DNA of 64,000 nucleotides from Candidatus Yanofskybacteria bacterium (lineage in GTDB: Bacteria > Patescibacteriota > Minisyncoccia > 2-02-FULL-40-12 > GWA2-44-9). Positions 26,919 to 37,502 of this stretch are shown in pieces (position 1 is the stretch's first letter; each line of letters starts with the position of its first letter). Location of the stretch: contig JADLBM010000014.1 of assembly GCA_020847715.1 (NCBI GenBank), positions 14,420 through 78,419 of the forward strand. The letters are read 5' to 3'. A program made the position numbers and the translations under genes. The notes under the pieces are model-generated. The model saw only the letters and a program-made list of their open reading frames with translations. It did no database searches and had not been told where the DNA came from.

Positions 26919-28903
26919 TTACGCTCATCACCGTCAATTTCAATAACGCGAATGCCACTCTCAGGCTACTCCGAGCACTCGAACAGCAGTCAGAGCGAGA
27001 ATTCGATATCATTGTCGTCGATAACGACAGCACTGATGACGACCGTGCCGCGCTCGGAGCATATGCCGCGCAGAGCCCACTGAGGCTGGATATCATCTAT
27101 AGTGCGTGGAACCGAGGGTTCTCCGGCGGGAACAATCTTGCGATTCGGAAGGCGCTTGCCCACGGAAGCGATTGGCTTCTCCTCATCAACAACGACACGA
27201 CGGTCTCGCCGGATTTCATCGAACGCCTCGTGGCGCAGCTACCTGCCGCTCCCTGTATTGCGGGCATCCTGCTTCACGAAGGGGAGCATACCGCATTTGC
27301 CGGTATCGTCCGCTGGCTCCATCCGACACTTCCGCACCAGTACACCCTTCAGCATCGCGACGCCCTTCGCTATGCGATTGGTGCGGGTATGCTCGTTCAC
27401 CGCAGTGTATTTGAATCGGTAGGGCTCCTCGATGAGGCGTACTTTCTATACTTCGAGGATGCCGACTTCTCGCTTCGGGCGCAGCGTTTCGGCATTCCCG
27501 TCGTATTCCTCTCCGACCCCGTCATCTTGCACCGTCCGTCCGAGAGCACCTCGAAGCTCGGGCACCCGCTCCTCGTTCGTTACCACGCGCGAAATGCACT
27601 GCGCTTCAATTGGCGCAATGGTCCGTGGTGGGTACGAGCGCTGGTACCGTTCGCAGTCGGATACGGCATCGCATACGAAACGCTCAAGCTTCTCGTGGGG
27701 CGACATCCCACTGAAAGTCGCGCAACGCGCGCGGGCATCATGGATTTCATTTGCGGTCGGTGGGGGCGTATCGGTACCGAGGCGAGCATCGCCGTCGAGT
27801 GCGAGTCGCTCGAGGATACCTCGTGGGGCGTGGCCCGAATGATTCGCGGCGCACTGGGAGAAATTGCTGCGCATCCTGACGAGTACTCACAGTACCGGTT
27901 CGATCTCTATTTTAAGAGTCGCGTTCCCGACGAACCGTGGCTCCAGAGTCCATTGTTTCGTACGCATGTCGTCCGCGCACCCCGGTGGCTTCCGGTGCCG
28001 CTTTCATTCAGCCTATACTACTACCTCCTCCTTCCGTTGCGCCTCTGGGTGGATCGGCCCGCACTGACGTACTGGCCGAACTACATGCTCCCACTCATTG
28101 CGCCACGGCCATCGCTTGTCATGCTTACTGAGGATGTGTGGCACGAGGCGCGCAACCCGCATCGGGCGCTTCGCTACCGGCTTGGGTATCGGATATTTGC
28201 AACATGGGCTGCTCGTTCCGCGAGCTGCATTATGGCGATATCCCATGCGTCGAAAGTGCGTATTGCAAACCTATTCAAGGTCTCGGAAGAGCGCATTGCG
28301 GTCAACGAACTTGCAGTAGATGCCTCCTCGCACACCGTCGAGCCGATGCCGGGGCCGTACCTCTTGTTTGTCGGACAAGCGCTGGAACGACGACACCTTC
28401 GCGAGACCATCGAGGCGTTCGAACGCGTCGCTCCGCAGCGTCCCACACTCCGCCTTGTCGCCATCGGACCCGACAAGTACGATACACCGATCATCGACCA
28501 CATGGTCACGGAAGCGAATGAGCGTCTCAGGCGTCCGGCGATTCAACACCTCGTCTGGGTATCCGGAGCCGACCTCCTCCGATTCTACGCCGGTGCCGCC
28601 GCCATCGTGTATGTATCTGATGTTGAGGCGTTCGGCCTCCCGCCGCTGGAGGCGCTCAGCTACGGAGTGCCTCCCATCGTGCGGGAAGACCCGCTGAATC
28701 GAGAGATTTACGGCGAGCACGCATTCTACGCACGCACCGGAAGCACCGACGATATCACCGAGGCAATGCTCTGCGCACTCGACGACCACGCCCACCGAGC
28801 ACGCATCACAGCGGCGGCACCAATCATTGTTGCGCGGTATACTTGGAAGGCGCATGCTGACCGGCTCCGAACTATTATCGAACGGCTCATTCGTCGCCCA
28901 TGA
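26915..28903 (+). CDS. Fused GT2 + GT4 glycosyltransferase
   Basis: N-half VVDN.S, NRGFSGGNN, LINND, YFLYFEDAD; C-half EAFGLPPLEALSYG. Confidence 0.88.
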   Translation: MITLITVNFNNANATLRLLRALEQQSEREFDIIVVDNDSTDDDRAALGAYAAQSPLRLDIIYSAWNRGFSGGNNLAIRKALAHGSDWLLLINNDTTVSPDFIERLVAQLPAAPCIAGILLHEGEHTAFAGIVRWLHPTLPHQYTLQHRDALRYAIGAGMLVHRSVFESVGLLDEAYFLYFEDADFSLRAQRFGIPVVFLSDPVILHRPSESTSKLGHPLLVRYHARNALRFNWRNGPWWVRALVPFAVGYGIAYETLKLLVGRHPTESRATRAGIMDFICGRWGRIGTEASIAVECESLEDTSWGVARMIRGALGEIAAHPDEYSQYRFDLYFKSRVPDEPWLQSPLFRTHVVRAPRWLPVPLSFSLYYYLLLPLRLWVDRPALTYWPNYMLPLIAPRPSLVMLTEDVWHEARNPHRALRYRLGYRIFATWAARSASCIMAISHASKVRIANLFKVSEERIAVNELAVDASSHTVEPMPGPYLLFVGQALERRHLRETIEAFERVAPQRPTLRLVAIGPDKYDTPIIDHMVTEANERLRRPAIQHLVWVSGADLLRFYAGAAAIVYVSDVEAFGLPPLEALSYGVPPIVREDPLNREIYGEHAFYARTGSTDDITEAMLCALDDHAHRARITAAAPIIVARYTWKAHADRLRTIIERLIRRP

Positions 28904-30483
28904 ACCATAGCATTACCCTCAATCGTATATTTGCGCTCTACGTACTCGCGTTCGCCGGCATCATCACCGGCCTTCTTCCGCGCGAGACCGCTCTTGTGTG
29001 CGCGGTGGGGTTGGGCGCATGGATGCTCTGGCGCCCACTCGAGGATGGGGTTCAGCTGTTCATCCGTTGTATTCCGTTGTTCATCGCACTTCCGCTCACC
29101 ACCACCTACGACAACCTTACGATGTGGCGCCCACTCGCGCTCATCCTCGTGCTCCGCGCTGCGCTCGACCCCGCCGTGCGCGCACATCTGCGGGGGCTCA
29201 TTATGGATGCGCTCCGCCGTCCGAACGCATGGTTGAAGGGGCATGCGGTAACGCGACGCCTCCTGATTCTCCTTGCCATCGCGATGCTCTCCCTTTGGGG
29301 CGCGCAGTATCCGCTTACCGGAGCCATTCGCATCATCTATTTCATTAACCTCTCCCTTGTGCCGGTCATCGTCGGGTATCTCGTGCGGCAGGGGAGGCTT
29401 GCCGCTGAACGCGTCTTCGTAAGTATGGCACTCCCCACAATAATCGTGGTCGTCGGAGGCTACCTACAATTAGCTTCAACGTACCTCGTCGATGTGTATC
29501 AGTTTATGCGACTCTGGGGGGAAAACATTCAGATGCGACAGTATGGCATCGAGTGGTCTCGCACGGCGGTCGAAGTAGGGAACACGTGGCTCGCATACTA
29601 CGGCGACCAGCTTTCCCTCCGTGTGTTCTCACTCTTCCCCGATTCGCACTCGTTCCCGACATTCGTTCTTTTGGGAATTCCCGCCCTCTTTGCTATTGCA
29701 GTTGGCCCGATCCTTCGCGCCGCAGAGACGCTGCCACTCCGTCGTCTGGCGCGGACGATTGCGACGAAATCAATCCTCTGGATACCCGCCGCCTACCTTA
29801 TCGCTATCCTCTCGGGTACCCGCGGCATTTGGGCGGCATCACTGGGCGTCGTTGCACTCGCTCCCATTCTTCTCCTTGCCATGCGGCACACTCGCGTTGA
29901 TGCGGTTCGCCAGCGCGTGTTCTCGTATACCTCGTCCTACCTTGTTGCATGGTTCATGCTATTCGCAGTGGCATGGCCGATATTCATTTCGCCGCAATTT
30001 CTAATCGGGAAAGCAGACATCAACATGCTCGGTCGCCGCATCCGAAGCGTCATCGATTTCGGAGAAACATCCAACGCTCTTCGGCTCGCCATCTGGAAGT
30101 CGTCCGCGGAGTCCATTGTCCGCCACCCATTCCTCGGGGTTGGCATTGGAAACTTTCCGGTTGTTCTCGATCAAGATATCCGCCTCGCGCGAGCCGGTTC
30201 GACCGCACACAACCTCTACCTCCACGTCGCAGCGGAGATGGGCATTGTTGCTGCACTCGAAGGAGTTATCCTACTCGCGAGCGCGTGGTATGCCGCGTGG
30301 CGGTGGTTTGCGCACGCGCGTGGACCCGCATTGGCGTATGCGGCCTCCCTCCTGTTGTATCTCCCGTGGGTGTTCGCATATGTACTGACCGACCCGATTA
30401 TCTTCGATGAACGGGTATTTCTTCTGTTCGCCACCGTGCTTGCGCTCGCATGGGCGTCTGCTGAACAACCAAACACCACATGA
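28900..30483 (+). CDS. O-antigen ligase/Wzy_C family membrane protein
   Basis: Many TMs; SGTRG, R..IW, HPFLGVGIGNF, AHNLYL...AEMG. Confidence 0.88.
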   Translation: MNHSITLNRIFALYVLAFAGIITGLLPRETALVCAVGLGAWMLWRPLEDGVQLFIRCIPLFIALPLTTTYDNLTMWRPLALILVLRAALDPAVRAHLRGLIMDALRRPNAWLKGHAVTRRLLILLAIAMLSLWGAQYPLTGAIRIIYFINLSLVPVIVGYLVRQGRLAAERVFVSMALPTIIVVVGGYLQLASTYLVDVYQFMRLWGENIQMRQYGIEWSRTAVEVGNTWLAYYGDQLSLRVFSLFPDSHSFPTFVLLGIPALFAIAVGPILRAAETLPLRRLARTIATKSILWIPAAYLIAILSGTRGIWAASLGVVALAPILLLAMRHTRVDAVRQRVFSYTSSYLVAWFMLFAVAWPIFISPQFLIGKADINMLGRRIRSVIDFGETSNALRLAIWKSSAESIVRHPFLGVGIGNFPVVLDQDIRLARAGSTAHNLYLHVAAEMGIVAALEGVILLASAWYAAWRWFAHARGPALAYAASLLLYLPWVFAYVLTDPIIFDERVFLLFATVLALAWASAEQPNTT

Positions 30484-31505
30484 CCACGCCGCTCGTGAGT
30501 ATCCAAATCGTTGTCCGGAACGGGGGAGCCTACCTTCACCGGTGCCTCGCGTCGGTGCGCGCACAGACCCACCCGAACTGCGAGGTCGTCGTATTGGACA
30601 ATGCTTCGACCGATGCAACTCGCGATATCGTGCGGTCATTCGGATTCCGTCTTATCGAGAGCGCGACCAACTGGGGTATGTGGCCAGGACAGGAGCGCCT
30701 CCTACCTGAGACGTCCGGTGACTACGTGCTCGCGCTCAGCGTTGATGTTATTTTACACCCGCGATTCGTCGAGGAGGCGGTTCGCGCCTGCGAGGGCGAC
30801 CGCGGCATCGCGGCAGTCCAAGGAAAATTCTACCAGTATGATGTCGAAAATCTTCCCGCCTCCGATGCCGATCTCCCGCGGTCTACCATCGACACCTGCG
30901 GATTTGCAGTGACCCGAGGACGAACGGTGGTGAATATTGGACACGGAAAACAGGACTGCGACGCACCAGATGCACCGCGGGCAATTTTTGGCGTTGAGGG
31001 AGCTGCTCCCTTCTTTCGACGGAGCGCCCTCGAGGATTGCCGCATCGAAGGCATGCTTATCGATCCGGACTACTTCTGGTATGGCGACGATCTCGACCTC
31101 GCGTGGCGCATGACCCTCCTCGGACACCGGCAGATGTTCATCCCAAGTGTCGTCGCATGGCACGACCGCTCTACAACGAAAGGGGGAGCGGCCATCCCGA
31201 TTATCGGACAGCTACGGCGCCTCCGTATTCGTCGTGCGATACCACTTATGAAGCGCCGCCTCGATTGGACAAATGTGCGGTTTACAATCATTAAAAATGA
31301 CTATATAATCAACATCTTCAGAGATGCCATACCCTTCGGAATGCGCGAATTAGGCGTCCTTGGGTATTCGGTACTCTTTGAGCCGGGTGTGCTTGGCGGC
31401 CTGGGACGATTCTTCCGCCTCCTTCCGCGTATGCTCCGGCGTCGCCGCGCGGTCATGCGCCGTGCGGTCGTTCCACCCGCACGCATGCACCAATGGTATC
31501 TATGA
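30480..31505 (+). CDS. Glycosyltransferase family 2
   Basis: VLDNASTD, YGDDLDLAWR. Confidence 0.9.
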   Translation: MTTPLVSIQIVVRNGGAYLHRCLASVRAQTHPNCEVVVLDNASTDATRDIVRSFGFRLIESATNWGMWPGQERLLPETSGDYVLALSVDVILHPRFVEEAVRACEGDRGIAAVQGKFYQYDVENLPASDADLPRSTIDTCGFAVTRGRTVVNIGHGKQDCDAPDAPRAIFGVEGAAPFFRRSALEDCRIEGMLIDPDYFWYGDDLDLAWRMTLLGHRQMFIPSVVAWHDRSTTKGGAAIPIIGQLRRLRIRRAIPLMKRRLDWTNVRFTIIKNDYIINIFRDAIPFGMRELGVLGYSVLFEPGVLGGLGRFFRLLPRMLRRRRAVMRRAVVPPARMHQWYL

Positions 31506-32569
31506 CACCCATCGACTTCATTCAACCAATTCCGCCTCGCCGCCGCATCACCGGCCGGCACCTTCGCATTGGACTGGGCCTACTGGGTATCGGCGTTCTC
31601 GTCGCTCTGCTCTTCGGGCGCATCGGCAACGCAACCGTGTCGGTGGTTAATCGTATCACCCGCGGCAACAACCTCACCGCGAATGGTTCCGACCGCATCA
31701 CGCCAATCGATAAGGATCCGGAGTACGCCATGCCGGAGAATTCCAAGAAACGGCTCGACATTCTGGTCCTCGGTATTCGCGGTCGCGACGATGTCGAGAA
31801 CGGGGGACTCCTGACCGACACCATCGTACTCTTCTCCCTCGACACCACATCGGGCAAAGCAACCATGACATCCATTCCGCGCGACCTTATGGTCCGCATC
31901 ACCGACGAACGGAGCGACAAGATCAACGGGGTGTACGCCCACTACGGCGTGAACGGAAGCAAGAAGCTCTTCTCGCGCATTCTCGGTGTTGCCATCGACC
32001 ACGTTGTCGTCGTCGATTTTGCCGCCTTCAGCACAATCGTCGATACATTAGGCGGCGTGACCGTTACCCTTGAGAAGCCGTTCACAGAAACCACCCAGTG
32101 GGGATACGAGTTCTCTTTGCCGGCGGGGGAGAACACGCTCACCGGAGAGCAGGCGCTCTACTATGTGCGCAGCCGCTACGGCACCAGTGACTTCGACCGT
32201 TCTCGACGGCAAATGCAGGTGCTCCTCGCCATCAAGGCAAAAGCGGCGGCGCTTGATCTGACCAACGACCCGATTCGTGCTGTTCAACTCGCATCGACCG
32301 TGCGGAAACATGTTGAGACCGACCTGAACATCTTCGACATCGGAACAGCACGCGACCTCTTAGAGCAGCAAGAGAGTCTTGGACGCATCAAGCGGTACCA
32401 ACTTACGACCGAAAACCTGCTGTATGAAACACACCGTGACGGGGCATATGTGCTCCTCCCGCTGGGCGACACGCTCTCGCACATCAAAGAGTTTTTCTCG
32501 ACCATCCTGACCGATGCGCCGGTCATCTGGACGCCTACGCCAACTCCCACGGCATCGTCAACTCCATGA
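31502..32569 (+). CDS. LytR-CpsA-Psr (LCP) family protein
   Basis: LTDTI, SIPRDL, KIN, VDTLGGV, YVRSR, DFDRSRRQ. Confidence 0.93.
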   Translation: MTPIDFIQPIPPRRRITGRHLRIGLGLLGIGVLVALLFGRIGNATVSVVNRITRGNNLTANGSDRITPIDKDPEYAMPENSKKRLDILVLGIRGRDDVENGGLLTDTIVLFSLDTTSGKATMTSIPRDLMVRITDERSDKINGVYAHYGVNGSKKLFSRILGVAIDHVVVVDFAAFSTIVDTLGGVTVTLEKPFTETTQWGYEFSLPAGENTLTGEQALYYVRSRYGTSDFDRSRRQMQVLLAIKAKAAALDLTNDPIRAVQLASTVRKHVETDLNIFDIGTARDLLEQQESLGRIKRYQLTTENLLYETHRDGAYVLLPLGDTLSHIKEFFSTILTDAPVIWTPTPTPTASSTP

Positions 32570-33417
32570 CGCTCTCCGTTATCATCGTCAACTTCCGGAA
32601 CGCCCCGCTCTTACGGTTGGCGCTCACGTCGCTCGCGCGAACCCTCGGCCGCCAGCTCTCGTATGAGGTGATTGTCATCGACTCCGAGAGCTCGGTTGAA
32701 ACACAGAATGTCGTGCACCACGACTGCGTCGGTCTGTTCGAGCGTCTCAGCATCATTCCATTTGCGGATAACATTGGATACACGCGCGGCGTGAACGAGG
32801 GGCTTCGTCGCGCAGCGGGAGCCTATATCCTGAATCTGAATCCGGACATCGTTATCCTCCCTGGAGCGGTCGAGGGAATGATGCAGTATCTCGCAGACCA
32901 CCCGCAGGTCGGACTCATCGGACCTGGACTCCTGAACTTCGACGACACTCGACAGGATTCTTGCTTCCGATTCTACACGCCGCTCACGATGCTTGCCCGC
33001 CGCATTCCGCTCCCGTTTACGAAGAGCCTCATTGAGCGATTCCTTCTGCGCGATCAGGACTGCTCTGAGCCGGTCGCTGTCGACTGGGTCATGGGGTCAG
33101 CTCTCATGATGACCCGCGAGGCCGTGGACCGCGTTGGCATGATGGACGAGCAATTTTTCCTCTATCTAAGCGAAGTTGACTGGGCATGGCGCTTTTGGGA
33201 AAATGGATTTACTGTCGTCTATCTACCGACTGTGCGCATGTACCATTACCACCAGCGGCAATCGAAAGGCCGCTTCGGTATTCTTGATATCATTGTGCGC
33301 GCGCAGACCCGATGGCATCTTCGCGATGCGATTCGGTACTTCCGGAAACACGGCGTGAGCGGTCAACGCCCGCAGGCGGCGCCAGAGACGCAAGAGCCGC
33401 TGATTTCATCTTTATAG
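32566..33417 (+). CDS. Glycosyltransferase family 2
   Basis: NLNPD, VDWVMGS, FFLYLSEVDW. Confidence 0.9.
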   Translation: MTLSVIIVNFRNAPLLRLALTSLARTLGRQLSYEVIVIDSESSVETQNVVHHDCVGLFERLSIIPFADNIGYTRGVNEGLRRAAGAYILNLNPDIVILPGAVEGMMQYLADHPQVGLIGPGLLNFDDTRQDSCFRFYTPLTMLARRIPLPFTKSLIERFLLRDQDCSEPVAVDWVMGSALMMTREAVDRVGMMDEQFFLYLSEVDWAWRFWENGFTVVYLPTVRMYHYHQRQSKGRFGILDIIVRAQTRWHLRDAIRYFRKHGVSGQRPQAAPETQEPLISSL

Positions 33418-33420
33418 TCC

Positions 33421-34659
33421 ATGCAACGATCCCGCCTTATCCTCATCGCCTCCATTCTCCTGTCGCTCGGCATCGGTTTTGGTGCGGGATACGGATATGT
33501 AACTCGTCAGCAGGGAGCCGACATTGACCCCATCGTCAAGCAGATTATTAATCAAGACGAGGGCCGGTCCGCAGCAGTCGACTTTTCGCTCTTCTGGCAG
33601 GTCTGGGACCGCCTCCACGCCCGTTATGTCGAATCAGATAAGCTCGACACGCAGAAGTTGGTATACGGCGCTATTAGCGGCATGGTTGCGGCCGCGGGGG
33701 ATCCGTACACGGCATTCTTCGAGCCGGAGACGAACAAGAAGTTCCAAGAAGAAGTCTCTGGAGCATTCTCGGGTGTCGGCATGGAAATCGGCAAACGGGA
33801 TGGAAATCTGGTTGTTATCACACCCATCAAAGACTCTCCTGCCATGCGAGCCGGTATTCGAGCGGGGGATATTATTCTCACCGTGGACGGCACCCCAGTC
33901 GACGGGTGGAGCGTCGAGGAGGCGGTCTCACGCATTCGCGGAAAGAAGGGAACGACCGTGGCGCTCACGATTGCGCGCGACGGAGCGGGGGACATCCTCT
34001 CATTCACGCTCACCCGCGATACCATTCGTGTTCCGGCCGTTGAGTGGCGCATGCTCGACAGTTCCACTGCGTACCTCCAAATCATGTCGTTCAACGCGAA
34101 TGTCGACGATGAGTTCGCGCATGCAGCGCGCGAAATCGCTTCCTCCGGAGCGCAGCGACTCGTCCTCGATGTCCGCAATAATCCGGGAGGACTTCTGGAT
34201 TCTGCGGTGAATGTTGCTGGGTGGATGTTGAAGCCGGAGACCACCGTCGTACAAGAGCGCTTCTCCGACGGTCTCACGCAGCATCTCCGCACCAGCGGCA
34301 ACGCACGGCTCGCGTCGTTGCCGACCGTTATCCTCATCAATGGCGGCTCCGCATCGGCAGCAGAGATTATTGCCGGCGCGCTCCATGATGTGCGCGCGAT
34401 ACCGCTCATCGGCGAGACGTCGTTCGGAAAGGGTTCTGTGCAGCAGCTCGAAGAGTTCTATAACGGCTCCTCGCTCAAGGTCACGGTCGCGAAGTGGTTC
34501 ACCCCGAACGGGGTCAGCATCTCGGACTCCGGCATCGCCCCGACGACCGAAGTCATTATGGATCCAAAGGAATACGAGGCAAAGAAGTGGGAGCTCGGCA
34601 CCCCAGGGAAGGATCCGCAACTCGATCGGGCGCTTGAAATCGTCCGCGGGGTCAAGTAG
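33421..34659 (+). CDS. ctpA: Carboxyl-terminal processing protease (S41A)
   Basis: DPYT, PDZ domain, LDVRNNPGG, SASAAEI, GKGSVQ. Confidence 0.93.
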   Translation: MQRSRLILIASILLSLGIGFGAGYGYVTRQQGADIDPIVKQIINQDEGRSAAVDFSLFWQVWDRLHARYVESDKLDTQKLVYGAISGMVAAAGDPYTAFFEPETNKKFQEEVSGAFSGVGMEIGKRDGNLVVITPIKDSPAMRAGIRAGDIILTVDGTPVDGWSVEEAVSRIRGKKGTTVALTIARDGAGDILSFTLTRDTIRVPAVEWRMLDSSTAYLQIMSFNANVDDEFAHAAREIASSGAQRLVLDVRNNPGGLLDSAVNVAGWMLKPETTVVQERFSDGLTQHLRTSGNARLASLPTVILINGGSASAAEIIAGALHDVRAIPLIGETSFGKGSVQQLEEFYNGSSLKVTVAKWFTPNGVSISDSGIAPTTEVIMDPKEYEAKKWELGTPGKDPQLDRALEIVRGVK

Positions 34660-34668
34660 GGTAGAGAT

Positions 34669-35118
34669 ATGAAAGTCGTCCTCCTCGACAACATCCGGGG
34701 TATTGGAAAGGTCGGAGAAGTGAAAGAAGTGAACGACGGGTACGCCCGCAATTTTCTCATTCGCCGGGGCCTTGGCAAGCCGGCAAGCGCCGGCGCCATA
34801 AAAGAATCAGAGCAGCTCAAAGCGGCAAAACTCGAAGCGCGTACGCTCGCGCACGCGCAGGCGGTCGCGATGGCGGCAACACTTGCGAACACCCCCATCA
34901 CCGTACGCGGGAAAGCCAACGACCATGGAACACTCTTCTCCGGCATCACGGAGACCGACATCGCTGAGCATCTCAGCGCGGCTGCTGGCGCACACATTGC
35001 ACCCACTGCAGTCAGACTCGACGGTCACCTGAAGACCCTCGGGGAACACACGGTTCATGTCCGTCTTACTGAGGATGTAGGCGTCGATATCGTCGTCCGC
35101 GTCGAAGCGGCCTCATAG
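34669..35118 (+). CDS. rplI: 50S ribosomal protein L9
   Basis: MKVVLL, V.DGYARNFLI, LFSGI, KTLGEH. Confidence 0.93.
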   Translation: MKVVLLDNIRGIGKVGEVKEVNDGYARNFLIRRGLGKPASAGAIKESEQLKAAKLEARTLAHAQAVAMAATLANTPITVRGKANDHGTLFSGITETDIAEHLSAAAGAHIAPTAVRLDGHLKTLGEHTVHVRLTEDVGVDIVVRVEAAS

Positions 35119-35172
35119 AGACAACAACACACCGCCCCTTCAGGGGCGGTGTATGTATATCGAGGGGAACGG

Positions 35173-35451
35173 TTAGGCTGCAACAACGGAGACCACTTTG
35201 ATTGCCTTGCGCGAACCGTCGTGGTTGACCTTCTTGCGGGTCGAGAACTTTACGACACCGGTAGCAACCGCGTAGATCGTATAGTCGGAACCCTGGCGGA
35301 CTCCGGTACCCGGCCAGAACGAGCTGCCAGTTTGTCGCACGATAATGTTGCCGGCCTTAGCCTTTTCGCCGTCATGGAGCTTCACGCCGCGGTATTTCGG
35401 GCGTGAGTCCTTTCCGTATTTACCTGCACCAATCGCTTTTACATGTGCCAT
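35173..35451 (-). CDS. rpmA: 50S ribosomal protein L27
   Basis: MAHVKA.G, DSRPKYRGVK, AGNIIVRQ.G. Confidence 0.93.
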   Translation of the reverse strand: MAHVKAIGAGKYGKDSRPKYRGVKLHDGEKAKAGNIIVRQTGSSFWPGTGVRQGSDYTIYAVATGVVKFSTRKKVNHDGSRKAIKVVSVVAA

Positions 35452-35543
35452 GGAGAGTTGTTTACAGTAACGCTATTCCTAGGTACAGTTGCCGGAACGG
35501 ACGAGAACCGGGGATGTCGGCATCCGCTCGACCGATCAACGTG

Positions 35544-35939
35544 ATGGGTATCATAACAAAAACAGGGGATAGGGTCAAGCGGTTTCGGGACCTCCTGTGG
35601 ACCGTCCTTATTGTCGCCCTCGCGGGGTGGTCTGCGTATAATCTCGGCCTCCTCCGCGCCCGGCAGGGGGTCCTTCCGGCTCAGGAGGCGTCACTGTTTC
35701 GCGCTCGAGCGACCTTCACCCCTCCGAGCTCAACAGGGCAGGGGAAGAGCACCCCCGCCGCAACCCCCGCCCGTACCGACCCCCGCGTGGTAGCCTCAAA
35801 AACCTCCTCCAGCAAGAAATACCACCACCCGTGGTGCTCCAGCGCCAACCGCATCAAGGAGGCTAATCGCCTCTGGTTCCCCACGGCTCAGGCCGCTCAG
35901 GCGGCCGGCTATACCCTCGCCGCCAACTGTAAGGAGTAG
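35544..35939 (+). CDS. Membrane-anchored protein with Ada-like metal-binding C-terminus
   Basis: TM; VASK..KKYHHPWC....IKEANRLWF....A..AGY...NC. Confidence 0.75.
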   Translation: MGIITKTGDRVKRFRDLLWTVLIVALAGWSAYNLGLLRARQGVLPAQEASLFRARATFTPPSSTGQGKSTPAATPARTDPRVVASKTSSSKKYHHPWCSSANRIKEANRLWFPTAQAAQAAGYTLAANCKE

Positions 35940-36018
35940 TCTCCTTCGCTCCCCACCGCATTTTGTAGCCGCTCCGCGCTCCCTCCCCACTCGTGCCTCG
36001 GGTGGGGAGCGGAGGGGG

Positions 36019-36759
36019 TTAGATGAGCTGCGAAAGCCAGTCGCGGTGTTCCCACTCCCAGAGGGTCTTCGCGGCGAGGAATGCCTGAAGATCGTGGGGA
36101 TGCGCGCCAAGCTCGCTGAATTCGAAGCGTCCCTCCATCGGACCCCATTGGTGCGTGCATCCTTTTCCACCGGCGCTCACACGGAACATGCCACCCTTGG
36201 TGCGAAGCGAGACGCCGCAGAGCTGGCAGGTACGGCATTGGTCGAGGCGAAGGACCCAGCTTGTCGTCGGGCGCTCAACATTCGGTATCTCTGTGAGTGC
36301 ACTCAGGTATGCAGCCGTCTGCATGGTGTAATCGCGATACACCGCCTTACTGGTTTTGATGTCGAGCACTCCGACAACGCCATTGATGCGAGCAAGCGCG
36401 TCGATGGTGCCGGCATAGCGGTGCGTACGACTCACAACCCGCTCTTCGATCATGAGCGGCTCAACGTGGTTGTTACGGAGAAATTCACGGAATGCATCGA
36501 CCGACGGCTCAATAACTGAGGGGACCGCCTCGTGCGTACCACGAAGGATTGCCTCCACGGCCTCATGGACCATCGTGCCCTCGCGCGCACTGGCTTCTTT
36601 TGCATCGTCGGCCGCCTTGAAACTCCGCATGCCTCCGTAGTAGCGGTAGAGCGCCGGCTTCGCCTTGATGGACACGATTGATGTGACCCGAGGGTACCAG
36701 ACGCCATCAATGGTGTACCCGGCTCGCTCTTGGAATTCTGCCAGAGATTCGTACTCCAC
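36019..36759 (-). CDS. PD-(D/E)XK (RecB/Cas4-like) nuclease with Cys-rich insert
   Basis: YPRVTSI, GT.VH, E, AGTID, LDIKT, Q.AAY. Confidence 0.82.
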   Translation of the reverse strand: MEYESLAEFQERAGYTIDGVWYPRVTSIVSIKAKPALYRYYGGMRSFKAADDAKEASAREGTMVHEAVEAILRGTHEAVPSVIEPSVDAFREFLRNNHVEPLMIEERVVSRTHRYAGTIDALARINGVVGVLDIKTSKAVYRDYTMQTAAYLSALTEIPNVERPTTSWVLRLDQCRTCQLCGVSLRTKGGMFRVSAGGKGCTHQWGPMEGRFEFSELGAHPHDLQAFLAAKTLWEWEHRDWLSQLI

Positions 36760-37431
36760 CTATTTGATATTGATGTACTCGTTCCAGTACGCAAAAAGCT
36801 CCGCCGTTGCACGAATATCGTCGAAGCAGTACCGCGCGATGTCGAGGTATTTGCCCTCCTTAAAGAAGCGGGGGACCTCATACCCCGTAATTCCACCTTC
36901 CTTGCTGGAGCGGATCCCAAGCGCCTGACACCACATATGCAAACTCATCGTGCGGCGCACCGCACCGAAGAATCCAAGACGGTCGTACAGATCGATATGC
37001 TCATCTCCGTAGCGATAGGGAACGAGGTTCTTTGTCGGGCGGACCTTGTTGACCGCAGAGCGGACCATGAGGAACGGACAGTCGAACGAGCGTCCGTTGA
37101 ATGTGACGAACTGGTCGTAGAACGCAATGGTGCGCCAGAACTTCTCAAGTACCTGCGCCTCGGTTCCGGAGGCGTAGACGATGCCATTCTCCTCAAATTC
37201 TGACGGCTCGACACCCGGCGCTTGGTAGTACACCGCACCCTTGCCGGTGTCAGGATTCAAGAGCGCAATAGCCACCACCTGTCCCGTAAGAGGGGAGAAG
37301 CTCAGCTGTTCTGGCACCAACTCCTTCTCTTCTGGAGTGCGGGCGGCCTTCAGGAGGTACTCCTGCGCCTGCTCATCGAGAGAATCAAAGTCGACTCCAA
37401 CGGTTTCGATGTCGAATACGACGCGTGGCAT
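36760..37431 (-). CDS. DEDD 3'-5' exonuclease (PolB-exo/RNase H-like)
   Basis: FDIET, TFNGRSFDCPFL, HIDL, YCFDD. Confidence 0.88.
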   Translation of the reverse strand: MPRVVFDIETVGVDFDSLDEQAQEYLLKAARTPEEKELVPEQLSFSPLTGQVVAIALLNPDTGKGAVYYQAPGVEPSEFEENGIVYASGTEAQVLEKFWRTIAFYDQFVTFNGRSFDCPFLMVRSAVNKVRPTKNLVPYRYGDEHIDLYDRLGFFGAVRRTMSLHMWCQALGIRSSKEGGITGYEVPRFFKEGKYLDIARYCFDDIRATAELFAYWNEYINIK

Positions 37432-37502
37432 AGGGCTCATCGTACCGCTTGCCAGGGGGTGGCGCAAGGAGTACCATTCCGCCCAATAGTCGGAGGTGGA
37501 CC

